From NCBI GenBank assembly GCA_050633305.1, contig JBOEGF010000005.1, forward strand, positions 32,001 to 96,000: DNA of 64,000 bases, given 5' to 3'. A program made the position numbers and the translations under genes. The notes under the pieces are model-generated. The model was not told the DNA's origin, searched no databases, and saw only the letters and a program-made list of their open reading frames with translations. The stretch comes from Nannocystales bacterium (GTDB lineage Bacteria > Myxococcota_A > Polyangia > Nannocystales > Nannocystaceae). Below are positions 1-9,436 of the stretch, in pieces (within the stretch, counting starts at the first letter, position 1; every line of letters begins with the position of its first letter).

Positions 1-1136
1 AGCACGTCGACCATCACCTCGAAGTAGTCGTTGAGCGTCTTGACCATCTCCTCGGGGGGATGCCGTTCGCTCATCTCGGTGAACCCGCGGATATCGGCAA
101 ACAGCATCGTGACCTGCCGCTTGGTTCCGCCCTGGTCGAGTTGAAGGGCGCCGCAGACGATCTGATCGACGAGGTTGGGGGAGAGCAGTCGTTGAAACTG
201 CGCGCGCTGTCCGGCTTCGCGCTCGATCTTCTTGGCCAGGCGGTTGTTCTCGATCGCGATGGCCGCTTGCGTCGCGATCCCCTGGAAGAGCATCAGATCC
301 TTCTCGCTGAACGCACCCGTGGTGAGGGTGGAGTCCATATGCATCACACCGACGATGCGATCGGAGTACAGCAGAGGCACCGCCATCGTGGAGCGGATGC
401 CCTGCATGATGATGCTTTTGGACGCCTTGAAGCGCTCGTCGAGCATCGCATCGGAGGAGAGGACGCCGCGCTTGTTGGTGCGGACCTCGTCGAGCACCGA
501 GTTGGAGAGCTGAATCTCCTCGCCTTCCCGCTTTTGTTTGACGTAGCGGGGAACGAGCGCGTCGGTGTCTTGGTCGACCAACAGGATGACCGCGCGGTCG
601 GCCTTGATCAGTTGGAAGGTCTCGTTGACGATCTTCTGAAGCAGGTCGTCGAGGTCGGTGTCGACCGAGAGCTTCTGGCTGAGTTCGTGGGCGATGCGGA
701 GTTTTTCGTAGTCGGAGCGGAGCGCTTCGTTGTCGGTGATCTCCGTGACCGGAAGGAAGCTGGTGCTTGCATCGACGCGGCTGCGGACCTGGCTTTGCAG
801 CATGTCCGTCATGACCGTGAAGTTGCTCGCCGGAGCGGCGTCGTGCTCCTCGTCGTCCTCGAACCTCAGGACCGTATTGCCGAGCGAGAGTTCGTCGCCG
901 CTGGCCAGCTTGGCTTCGTCGACACGTTGGCCGTTGACGTGGCAGCCGTTGAGCGAGCCGACATCTCGGAGGATGTATCCGCCCTGCGGTCCGCGCGTGA
1001 TCCGGCAGTGCTCCTTGGACACGATACGGTCGAGCACCTGCACCGTGTTGTCGGGGTGCCGTCCTACCGTGTTGAAGGCCGTGAGGAGGTACTCCGCAGG
1101 ACCTTCTCCCTTCACCAGAATGAGCCTGGCTCCCAT
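1..1136 (-). CDS. FHA-GAF class III adenylate/guanylate cyclase (runs off the window start)
   Basis: Not in the ORF track; translated by hand from ATG 1136. N-terminal FHA motifs (VGRHPDN..VSKEH..DVGSLNG), central GAF-like region, cyclase motif VTMLFADIRGFTEMSE..LNDYFEVMVDV at the window edge. Confidence 0.9.
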   Translation of the reverse strand, partial: MGARLILVKGEGPAEYLLTAFNTVGRHPDNTVQVLDRIVSKEHCRITRGPQGGYILRDVGSLNGCHVNGQRVDEAKLASGDELSLGNTVLRFEDDEEHDAAPASNFTVMTDMLQSQVRSRVDASTSFLPVTEITDNEALRSDYEKLRIAHELSQKLSVDTDLDDLLQKIVNETFQLIKADRAVILLVDQDTDALVPRYVKQKREGEEIQLSNSVLDEVRTNKRGVLSSDAMLDERFKASKSIIMQGIRSTMAVPLLYSDRIVGVMHMDSTLTTGAFSEKDLMLFQGIATQAAIAIENNRLAKKIEREAGQRAQFQRLLSPNLVDQIVCGALQLDQGGTKRQVTMLFADIRGFTEMSERHPPEEMVKTLNDYFEVMVDV

Positions 1137-1191
1137 CAGCGCGCCGTCGTCCGCATCGTATCAGGACCTGAAGCCCGGCGTACCGTACCGA

Positions 1192-1593
1192 TCAGAAGTT
1201 CACCACGTGCTCGACCTCGTACACGAACTCTTGCTTCGGGAGGGCTTGAAAAGGCCATTCGATGAAGATCGAGTAGATCGCGCCGAACGCCATCTCGTCT
1301 CCATCGAGCTCGATCCAGGTCTCGAGGTCCGGGTCGTTGATGCCGACGCGTAACAAGTCGGCCTGCATGCGACGCCGCAGGGTCTCTCGCGCCTTGGAAT
1401 CCTTCACGTAATAGGGGCGCCGGCCGGAGAACGCAGAGCCCGTTTCTTCCAGAACCCGATACGCCTCCTGCTTCTGGAGGAAAAGCGGGAAGTACTGGTA
1501 GCCGAGGAAGATGCCCAGCGCAGCGATCAGCAGCAACACGATGCTGACCGAGTTGAACGCCCTGGGCTTCTTGTACTTGACCGCCTGTGCCAT
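1192..1593 (-). CDS. Small single-TM membrane protein (DUF4845-like, tentative)
   Basis: 133-aa ORF with N-terminal hydrophobic helix SIVLLLIAALGIFLGYQYFP; gene-like codon usage. Confidence 0.65.
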   Translation of the reverse strand: MAQAVKYKKPRAFNSVSIVLLLIAALGIFLGYQYFPLFLQKQEAYRVLEETGSAFSGRRPYYVKDSKARETLRRRMQADLLRVGINDPDLETWIELDGDEMAFGAIYSIFIEWPFQALPKQEFVYEVEHVVNF

Positions 1594-1671
1594 CGTTCAG
1601 GGTTTCCAGGGGTAGGTTAGCAGGCCGCCTTCGAAACCACTACGAAGACTCCCCCCGCACATGCTCGCACG

Positions 1672-1701
1672 TTGTGAGCTCCGGGTGGGCACCGCTATGA
1701 T
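1672..1701 (+). promoter_or_regulatory. Putative sigma70 promoter for the coiled-coil gene
   Basis: TTGTGA-N18-TATGAT, 11 nt before GTG 1713. Confidence 0.4.
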
Positions 1702-1712
1702 GTGGGTCTCCG

Positions 1713-4670
1713 GTGGAGCTCTTACCTGCATACGTGGCCTTGCAGCCGTGGGCGGTTGGACGGCGCGTGCTCGTGGTCGCCCCAAGCGACCTCGAGGGCG
1801 CGAGGCTTTTGCGCAGTGGCGGGGCGGCACACGTGCAGGTCGCGTTTGGCCCGGAAGTTCGGGAGCTGGGTCTCGACAGCCGTCAAGGCTGGCCCGAGTT
1901 CGATGAGCGCTTCGATCTCGTCGTGGCCCTGGACAGCTACGCCGGCCGCCACGTCTCGGAGCGGCGGCGGTGGTTGCAACATGTTGCCTCGGTCCTGCAC
2001 CCCGACGGATGGTTTGCGGCACGCGCGACCCACGGAGAGCGGGTTGAGGTCGACTTCTGGACCCTGGAGGAGGAACTGGGCGGCCAGTTCCCACACGTGT
2101 TCATGCTCGCCCAGCTTCCATGGCAGGGCGTGAGCCTCGCGCCTGTGCTCGACGGCGAAGAGCCTCCGCCAGGGCTCGAACTCGATGAGTCTCTGGTCTC
2201 CGACGAGCCCGATGCGTCGCACTACCTGGCGCTTGCGACCCTGTCAGCACCGTCCGCGGATGCCCGGCGACGTGTGACTGGGCGCTGCTTGCTCGTCCCT
2301 TCCGCCGTTTCATCGGCCGGCCCCTCGATCTCAGAGGAGGAGCTGCAGTCCCTACGAAACGCGGTCTCCGATCTGACGTCACGCGCCGAAGAGCGGGCCT
2401 CCCGCGTGGGCGTGCTCGAGCGTGAGCTCGAACGACGCAACGCGCGCGTCGCTGCCCTCGAGCAGAAGAGCGCGGAAGACCGTGCGCGGGCCAGCGAGCA
2501 AACGGCACAGCGTCGCAGGAGCGAGGCGTTGGAGGCCGAGTTGTCCGCCGCCAAGGAGCGGGCTCGCAAAGCGCAGACCGACCTCACGATTCTCACCCGC
2601 AGCGTGCAGGATCTCGAGTCGGCGGTGGCGCGGGCCAACGAGGCCACCCAGCAGCGACAGGTCGAACTCGATGCTCGTGACGCCCAACTGGGCGGCCTCC
2701 AGACGCAGCTACGGTCGCTCGAGGCCGAACGCTCAAGCCTGGCGCACCAGATGGAGGTTGCGTTGGCGGAGCGCGAGGGGACCCACAAGTTGTCCCAGCG
2801 GGTCGAGGCCGAGTTGGACCTCACCCGTCGACGACTAACGCAGCACGAGGGGACGCTCTCCCAACGGGTTGAAGACGTTTCGCGCCTCACGACGGACCTC
2901 GAGGTCACGCGGGCCGAGCTGGAGCATCATCGAGCCCTCCTGACGCAGGCCCACACCCGTGAAGAGGCGCTCTCTGCCGAGGCCGCGCAGACCGTCGAGC
3001 AGGACCGGATGCTCGCCGAGGTCGCCGGAGATCGGGAGCGACTTCGCGAGGAACTCGGACGTCGAGGACAGCAGATTCAAGGCCTCGAGGAGCGTCTTTG
3101 GGCGAGCCGCGAAGAGCTGGAGAAAGCCAGGCTCGACAACGTGCGCACCGCCGGTGAGGCCGAGAGGCTTCGGGAGCGCGCCGAGCGAGCCCACCAGTCG
3201 GAGACCAAGCAGGCCAAGGACCTGGAGCGACTCGGCGCTGAACTGCACCAATTGGAGCTTCAGCGGGCCGAGCTGCGGGCGACCGTTCATGCCCACGAAG
3301 AGGAGATCGGACGCCTGCGGACCGAGACCGAGTCCCGCAGTGGTGATGACGCGGAGGCTGCGGTGTTGCGCGGCGAGCTTTCCGAGCGCGCCCGAGAACT
3401 CGCCGACCTGCGTGCGCGGCAGGAACAACTCGCGGCTCGGGAGATCGAGGCCACATCCGTCGCCCGGCGCCGGGAGGAGCAGCTCTCCGAGGTCGGGGAG
3501 GAGCTCGAACGGCTTCGCCGTGCCGCCGAGCAAAACGCTGCGACCGCCTCCGCGCTCGAAGGGGAGCTCGAGGTCAAGGCGTTGGAGGTCGAGCAGCTCG
3601 CAGCGTCGGTCTCGGATCTGCAGGTCGAGGTCGAGGTTCGGCGCGAGGCGGTCGAAGCGACACACGCCCGGGAGGAATCCCTTCAGCGCGACCTCGAACA
3701 CGCTCGCGCCGAGCAAGAATCGTTGCGACGTCGGTTGCGCGAGCGCAACCAGGAGATGGAGGACATCGCCAGCGCCAACGAGACCAGCGGCGTGGAGATG
3801 TACAAGCTTCGGCGGGAGCTGGAGGCCGCGGCCGCGGCAAATGAGCAACTCGAGCAAGCTCTCGAGGATTCTTGGCCGTCCGAGGCTTCTGAAGCGCCCC
3901 CTGTTGGTGCGGTGGACTGGCCACCCGAAGCCTTCGAGGCGATGCGTCGGCTCAAGGCTCAGCTCGCGGCGCAGGCGCGTCGGCACAGCGAACAACTCGC
4001 GTCCCGTTCCGTGAGACCGGTGACCGACGAGGACCCACGAGTCGAGCGCTATCGGCTGGAGGCCACGGTTCGGGCGGAGGAGCAGGAGCACATGCTGCGC
4101 GAGCTCGACTCTGCCGAGCAGAAGATCTGGGAGATGACCGACGCCGCCGATCGCAACGCGGCTCGCCTTGCGGCATCGCTGACTCAGTTGGAGCGGCACA
4201 AGGAAGAGCTCGACGAGACGCGGGACGAGCTCGAGGTCGCTCGAAAGCTGCTCTCTGCGGCGGAAGCTCGGGCGCTCGAACAGGAGCGGCTGCTCGCCTC
4301 TGAGCGCGCCCGTCTCGCACGCATTGGAGGCGGACCGGACCCCGAAACGAGCTTCGATGAAGTCGACGAGCTGTTCGCCGACCTCGCAGGGGACGGCTCT
4401 GGGTCGATGGTCGAGCTCGGGGCTGTCGACGACGGAGCGCCGGTGCGCCGTCTGCGTCCCGAGAGCGGGCCCTCTGCAGGTGTGCCCGAGCCGGTGCCCG
4501 GAACCGGCAGCAGCAAGCGCTTGGTCGACGAGGACGGCCCGCGCGCGCCGCGGATGGTTGTCGAGCCGCTCGCAGATGAGGGCGACGAGGACCCTTGGGA
4601 GACCGGGGTTGTGTCGGCTCCAGAGGGTCCCGCGGGCGGTCTACGGCCGATGTCTGCAAAAAAGAGCTGA
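1713..4670 (+). CDS. Degenerate SAM-methyltransferase-fold domain + very long coiled coil + acidic tail
   Basis: 985 aa. N-terminus RRVLVVAPSDLEG..FDLVVALD..VLHPDGWF follows class I MTase motif order without the Gly-rich loop; ~650 aa of E/R/L/A heptads follow. Confidence 0.8.
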   Translation: MELLPAYVALQPWAVGRRVLVVAPSDLEGARLLRSGGAAHVQVAFGPEVRELGLDSRQGWPEFDERFDLVVALDSYAGRHVSERRRWLQHVASVLHPDGWFAARATHGERVEVDFWTLEEELGGQFPHVFMLAQLPWQGVSLAPVLDGEEPPPGLELDESLVSDEPDASHYLALATLSAPSADARRRVTGRCLLVPSAVSSAGPSISEEELQSLRNAVSDLTSRAEERASRVGVLERELERRNARVAALEQKSAEDRARASEQTAQRRRSEALEAELSAAKERARKAQTDLTILTRSVQDLESAVARANEATQQRQVELDARDAQLGGLQTQLRSLEAERSSLAHQMEVALAEREGTHKLSQRVEAELDLTRRRLTQHEGTLSQRVEDVSRLTTDLEVTRAELEHHRALLTQAHTREEALSAEAAQTVEQDRMLAEVAGDRERLREELGRRGQQIQGLEERLWASREELEKARLDNVRTAGEAERLRERAERAHQSETKQAKDLERLGAELHQLELQRAELRATVHAHEEEIGRLRTETESRSGDDAEAAVLRGELSERARELADLRARQEQLAAREIEATSVARRREEQLSEVGEELERLRRAAEQNAATASALEGELEVKALEVEQLAASVSDLQVEVEVRREAVEATHAREESLQRDLEHARAEQESLRRRLRERNQEMEDIASANETSGVEMYKLRRELEAAAAANEQLEQALEDSWPSEASEAPPVGAVDWPPEAFEAMRRLKAQLAAQARRHSEQLASRSVRPVTDEDPRVERYRLEATVRAEEQEHMLRELDSAEQKIWEMTDAADRNAARLAASLTQLERHKEELDETRDELEVARKLLSAAEARALEQERLLASERARLARIGGGPDPETSFDEVDELFADLAGDGSGSMVELGAVDDGAPVRRLRPESGPSAGVPEPVPGTGSSKRLVDEDGPRAPRMVVEPLADEGDEDPWETGVVSAPEGPAGGLRPMSAKKS

Positions 4671-4686
4671 CCGGCTCCACAAACAC

Positions 4687-4715
4687 TTGACGCTCTGGCA
4701 CGGGTCCTCTACTTT
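4687..4715 (+). promoter_or_regulatory. sigma70 promoter of tRNA-Leu
   Basis: TTGACG-N17-TACTTT, 13 nt upstream of the tRNA. Confidence 0.75.
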
Positions 4716-4728
4716 TCGCGTCCCCAGC

Positions 4729-4810
<82 letters not shown>

Positions 4811-4813
4811 CTC

Positions 4814-4850
4814 AGAAGCCCGAGTCTTTACGACTCGGGCTTCTTCGTAT
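4814..4850 (+). terminator. Intrinsic terminator after tRNA-Leu (possibly bidirectional)
   Basis: Perfect 13-bp stem AGAAGCCCGAGTC-tttac-GACTCGGGCTTCT followed by TCGTAT. Confidence 0.8.
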
Positions 4851-4905
4851 CTGGTGAGCGTGTGGGCGCAGGCCGAGTGTGGCGCGTCCCAACTCTGCAG
4901 GCAGG

Positions 4906-6900
4906 CTACAGGCAGCTCGAACGCCACGCGCCTGTGCATGCCGTGCGCTGCGATGCGTCGTAGCTGCCGACGGCGCCGGGTCCAAGCGTGCCATCCGTGA
5001 TGCTGTCGCTGACGACGGTGAGTCCGTTGTCCTGATCGAGAATCGTGATCGTGGTCGTGTCGCCGTCGAGGTCCAAGAAGACTCGGTACTGAGTCTGGTT
5101 TTGCCAACCCGCGGCGAGAAACTCGGCCGGTGTGGCGAGCACCGTACCCGCTGCGGTGTCATAGCTCGCGGCCAAGTCCTCGCCCGTGATGTCACCCGGA
5201 GCGTCAGCCTCGATGCGCTTGATCGTGATCCCCTGTTCCCAGGGCCCCCAGGGAGCGGCCTCGGTCGTCTGTTTCCACGACAACAAGTAGAAGTGTGAGG
5301 CGTCCTGCCATCCCCAGACGAAGCCGATGCCATCGTTGTCCGCGTTGTTGACCACTTCCAGATCGAACGAGACCTGGGTCTGCTCCATCACTGCAGGGCA
5401 AACGTAGGCGTTGGCAAGCCCGTTGTTCTGCAAGTTGCAGCGGGCGGTGCCCCCGACAAAGAATGCGTCGATGGGGGAGGGCGCTGGCGAGTCGAAGATG
5501 TCGGCGTAGATGTGCGAGGTGCAGCCTTCGGCCTCGAGGTCCCAATCTTGGTCCGTGATGTGAACGGTGACTTGGTCGCTCGCAGCATTGCCCTCTCCAT
5601 CAGCGACGGCGACCGAGTAGGTCGTGGCGACGGGTGGAGTTGCGTTGACCGTTGCGACGTCGTCATCGTCGAGGGTGCTGATCGGTGACCACGCGTATGC
5701 GTAGTTTCCGTCGCCTCCGCTCGCGGTCGCAGTGAGGGCCGATGAACCGCCGTCGGTCATCTCAGCACAGACGCCCGCGTCGACGCTGAGCGCACTCCAG
5801 CAGACTGCGCCGACGTCGTCGCACCCGAACGAGCAGGAGTCGACCTCGACGCCCCATGTGCCCGTGGCGTTGCACTGCGTCACGTTGTCGTCCGGGTTGC
5901 AGAAGGAGCTGTCGGCGGGACAATCGAAGCAAGCATCGGAGACCAGCACTTCGAGGTCATCGCAATCCGAGCCCGCAGTGATCGCGGCATTGGCAGGCGC
6001 GGAGTCGCCGTACTCGTCGCCGTCGACGTCGAGCATGCACGCCATCTCGTCGTCCAAGGGTGCTGCGCCCGGGAACGCATCGGCTGAGCTGTCATCGCAG
6101 TCGGCAGCGTTGCCCACGTAGCCCTTGGGCGGATCCACATCGAGGACGCAGATGGCGGGGTCGCCGTACTGGTCGTCGTCTTCGTCCGCGCACCAGCTGA
6201 GGCATTCGGTCGCCGAAGGGATGGCGTCGTCGTTGTCGTTACAGTCGCTCCCCGCCGTTCCGCCGCGTGGTGGCATGGAGTCGCCGTAGCCATCGTCGTC
6301 GGCGTCGCGCATGCACGCGACCGTATCGTCGAGATCCGCGGCACCGGGGAATGTGTTGACGTCGTCGTCGAGGCAGTCGGTTCCCGCGGTCACCCCCTCG
6401 GGCGGGGCCGCGTCTGCCCATCCATCTTCATCCGCGTCCTTTGTGCAGCTGTCCGTGGCCTCTTCGGTCGCCGCGCCGGGGAATGTTCGGTCCGAGGCGT
6501 CGTCGCAGTCGGTATCGTCGAGGACTGTGCCGGCGGGCGGTCGCTCGCCGCCGGGAACAACCTGACAGTCGTCGACGTCGCCGAATCCGTCGTTGTCACC
6601 GTCGACGCACCAGGTTTGGCTGGAGATCGGTCCGGTGGAGGTCTCCTGCCCGCCGGTGCTCGATTCGGCGTTGCCGCCCGACGAGCTCCCGTCTGCGAAG
6701 GACGGGTCGTTCGTACCCGTGGACGTTTGCCCACCACTGGTCTGACCCTGTGCGATCGGGTCTGGGCCGACCGGACAGTTCGAACCCCCGAAGCCGTCGT
6801 CTTCGCACAACCCGCCGCATCCGTTGGCCGCAAGAGCGCAGACGCTCAGGCCAACGCCCCAACGCAATACAGACGTAACCACAGAACTCGACCGTATCAC
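4906..6900 (-). CDS. Surface lipoprotein: S/T/G stalk, five DxDxD Ca-binding Cys repeats, PKD/Ig-like domain, thrombospondin C-terminal-like domain
   Basis: Lipobox LAANGC; repeats CxDxDxDG(F/Y/W)xD..DCDD..FPGAA; C-terminal NNADNDGIGFVWGWQDASHFYLLSWKQ. Start GTG 6900 (or TTG 6867) chosen over the ORF-track start, which overlaps the next gene. Confidence 0.8.
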   Translation of the reverse strand: MIRSSSVVTSVLRWGVGLSVCALAANGCGGLCEDDGFGGSNCPVGPDPIAQGQTSGGQTSTGTNDPSFADGSSSGGNAESSTGGQETSTGPISSQTWCVDGDNDGFGDVDDCQVVPGGERPPAGTVLDDTDCDDASDRTFPGAATEEATDSCTKDADEDGWADAAPPEGVTAGTDCLDDDVNTFPGAADLDDTVACMRDADDDGYGDSMPPRGGTAGSDCNDNDDAIPSATECLSWCADEDDDQYGDPAICVLDVDPPKGYVGNAADCDDSSADAFPGAAPLDDEMACMLDVDGDEYGDSAPANAAITAGSDCDDLEVLVSDACFDCPADSSFCNPDDNVTQCNATGTWGVEVDSCSFGCDDVGAVCWSALSVDAGVCAEMTDGGSSALTATASGGDGNYAYAWSPISTLDDDDVATVNATPPVATTYSVAVADGEGNAASDQVTVHITDQDWDLEAEGCTSHIYADIFDSPAPSPIDAFFVGGTARCNLQNNGLANAYVCPAVMEQTQVSFDLEVVNNADNDGIGFVWGWQDASHFYLLSWKQTTEAAPWGPWEQGITIKRIEADAPGDITGEDLAASYDTAAGTVLATPAEFLAAGWQNQTQYRVFLDLDGDTTTITILDQDNGLTVVSDSITDGTLGPGAVGSYDASQRTACTGAWRSSCL

Positions 6901-6952
6901 GCAGGTCACGACGCCCCGAACTTGCGGCCGAGGTCGGCCCGTATGCGGTCGG

Positions 6953-7162
6953 CTACGCAGGGTCGATCTTGTCGACCTTGATCGCCGGGCCGGACATCTG
7001 CAGGCCGAACCCACCTGACTCGATTGTGCCGTGCACCACGACCTTTGCGCCTGCCTCGAGACCGGTCGCGCCCTGCAGTCGGTAGGTCTTCCCGCCGGTG
7101 TGGAGTTCGAAGAAGCCGCCTTCGAGGTCGTTGTGTCGAACAGTGCCGCTGAAGCTGGCCAT
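6953..7162 (-). CDS. Small OB-fold-like protein (DUF5818-like)
   Basis: MASFSGTVRHNDLEGGFFEL..KVVVHG..FGLQMSGPAIKV pattern. Confidence 0.7.
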   Translation of the reverse strand: MASFSGTVRHNDLEGGFFELHTGGKTYRLQGATGLEAGAKVVVHGTIESGGFGLQMSGPAIKVDKIDPA

Positions 7163-7210
7163 GCCCAAAACGTGCACCGTCGGGTGGGTGTGGTCTACCG
7201 TCCGCCTGGC

Positions 7211-9436
7211 ATGGTTCGCGGTTGCCTCGTTGTGACGCTCATCCTCGGCTTCGCTTCAGGGTGCAAAGATTCGTCTTCTGCGGCCGACCAGCGCAGGACA
7301 GCCGCCCCGGACACCGCGCCGCCCTCGGAGCCGGCGAGCGTCCCCGGGTGGGGCCTCGGTGTGCCCGCACGGGCGCCCGCGCTCGAAGCGCAAGAGTTGG
7401 CGCGGGAGCCCAATTCGCTACCAGCGGGGAACGACGCGCGCACCGCCTGGGCCCAAGCCCGGATTGGCGGACCGCGTGCCGTGGATGCGTTGGCGGCGTG
7501 GCTGGAGGGAGACGCGGGAGCCACGTCCGCACACTTCGCGGCGCTCGCATTGCTGGACCCTCCGCCGGGAGCGCCGGATGCCGAGGGAAACGGCCGATGG
7601 CCCGCATTGGAGGACGCGATCTGGACTCGCTTGGCGGTGACGGAGTCCCGCGATGAGCTCGAGGCGCTGCTGCTCGCGGTCGCTCGTGTCGGGGGCGAGC
7701 GGTCGCAGGGACGTTTGGCCGTGCTGTTGGAGGGCGACCCGAAGCCGGAGCATGCGGCTGCTCTCGAGGTGATGGGGATGCTCTGCGCGCGCGGTCACGC
7801 CGCAACAACCGCCGGGCTCGAGGCCGTCGCAAAACAGCTCGGGCCGGAGGCCCCGCACGCGTGGTCCGCTGCGTACGCCGTGGGGCGGTGTGCGGGTCCG
7901 TCCGCCGAGTTGCTCGCAGGGGCGGCCCGGGAAACGTTGGTCGAGCGCATGACACCCGCATTACAAGCGACTGACCCCGCGCTTGTTCGTGTCGCGTGGA
8001 AAGGTTTCGCAGGCTTGGGGGAGGTGCCCGCGGAAGTGTCGGCCGCCATCCTGAGTGACACGCCACCGCAATGGGCTGTCGAGGTGGAGGCGGTGCGGGC
8101 CTTGGCTGGTCACGCCGACGGCCGGTCCTTGGTGGTCGAGCGGCTGAGCGCACTTCAGCCCGACGCGTTCAAGGGCCCTCGGGTGCATGTGCTTCTCGTC
8201 GCGCTGGCAGGGTTGCGGGATGCCGTTGTGGGGACGCCGGAGTTGCTGCGAAGTCTCTCTGCGTTGCGGTTGGCGTTGAAGTCTGCGCGGGACCGTTCGC
8301 AGGGGCGGCGTCGCAAGGCGTTGACCCTCGCGGTATGTGAATCGGAACTGCTCGCCGCGATCGGCAGCGGCGACCTGAGGACCCTACGGACCTGTGCCAG
8401 TGGAGTCGATGAGCTACCCGAGGGATACGCCGAGGTGCTCGAGATCGAGGCGCTGCTGCGTGTCGGTGCCGCCATGACGCGGGAGGCGAAGGCGCAGGCG
8501 CTCCTGGAGCGGGCAGCTGACCTGCGCCCCGGCGTTGCCGCGGCCGCGCTCGCGGCATTGGTCGATGTGGACGAGCCCCGCGTCAACGCTTCGCTGCAGG
8601 CGGGGCTGGGTCGACAGGACCCTGGGGTGAGGGCAGCCGCAGCCGCGGCCATTGCCACCCGCGCGAGAGACCGGGCCCGACGAGATGAGAGTGCGCTGCC
8701 GCGACTCGAGGAGGCGGTTTCGTCGTGGCCCAACTCCACGACGATCGAGGCTCGTATCGCCGCGATCGAGGCCTTGGGCAACCTCGCACGCAGCGGGGGC
8801 AAGGACGAAAACGGTGCCCTCGCGGCACCGTGGCTTCGCGAGACAGTGTTGCCGTTGGCGAAGGATCCAGCGGTGGCCATTCGTCGAGCGGGTCTCTCGG
8901 CGCTACAGCCCGTGCCCGATCTGGCGGAGGCGTTCGTGCGTGCTCAGGCCGAGCCTCGGCCCGCCCCCTTCGTCGACGAACTCAAGTCGCGCCTCGAGGA
9001 GTATCGGGATGTCACCGGTCTTCGGGTCACGACCTCGTCGGGTGCGATGACGATCACCTTCGAGGGGCCCGCGGCTTTCAACCAGGCGACGGTCGCGTCG
9101 CTCGCAGCCAGCGGGTTCTACGATGGGCTCACGTTCCATCGTGTGGTCCCGGGGTTCGTCATCCAAGGCGGTGACCCTCGGGGAGATGGGTACGGTGGCC
9201 CTGGATTTCTCGTTCCCTGCGAGTGGAGCCACCAGAAGTATGAGCGGGGCGCCGTCGGCATGGCCCTGGCTGGAAAGGACACCGGCGGGTCGCAGTTCTT
9301 CATCGCTCAAGCACGCGAGCCGCGACTCGATGCGCGGTACACGATCCTGGGGCGCGTGACCGACGGGTTGGGGGTCCTGGATGAAGTCCTCCCGCACGAC
9401 AAGATCATGAAGGTGGAGATCCTCCGAGGTGAGTGA
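7211..9436 (+). CDS. Lipoprotein with HEAT-like repeats and C-terminal cyclophilin PPIase
   Basis: Lipobox FASGC; FYDGLTFHRVVPGFVIQGGDPRGDGYGGPG and GMALAGKDTGGSQFFI cyclophilin motifs. Confidence 0.9.
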   Translation: MVRGCLVVTLILGFASGCKDSSSAADQRRTAAPDTAPPSEPASVPGWGLGVPARAPALEAQELAREPNSLPAGNDARTAWAQARIGGPRAVDALAAWLEGDAGATSAHFAALALLDPPPGAPDAEGNGRWPALEDAIWTRLAVTESRDELEALLLAVARVGGERSQGRLAVLLEGDPKPEHAAALEVMGMLCARGHAATTAGLEAVAKQLGPEAPHAWSAAYAVGRCAGPSAELLAGAARETLVERMTPALQATDPALVRVAWKGFAGLGEVPAEVSAAILSDTPPQWAVEVEAVRALAGHADGRSLVVERLSALQPDAFKGPRVHVLLVALAGLRDAVVGTPELLRSLSALRLALKSARDRSQGRRRKALTLAVCESELLAAIGSGDLRTLRTCASGVDELPEGYAEVLEIEALLRVGAAMTREAKAQALLERAADLRPGVAAAALAALVDVDEPRVNASLQAGLGRQDPGVRAAAAAAIATRARDRARRDESALPRLEEAVSSWPNSTTIEARIAAIEALGNLARSGGKDENGALAAPWLRETVLPLAKDPAVAIRRAGLSALQPVPDLAEAFVRAQAEPRPAPFVDELKSRLEEYRDVTGLRVTTSSGAMTITFEGPAAFNQATVASLAASGFYDGLTFHRVVPGFVIQGGDPRGDGYGGPGFLVPCEWSHQKYERGAVGMALAGKDTGGSQFFIAQAREPRLDARYTILGRVTDGLGVLDEVLPHDKIMKVEILRGE

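Noticed and set aside
60..1265. 401-aa + strand ORF and other long antisense ORFs (e.g. 2835-4199, 30773-32545, 57309-59255, 58963-60603, 61155-62825)
   Set aside because: Shadow frames opposite well-supported genes, expected in high-GC DNA; no recognisable motifs.
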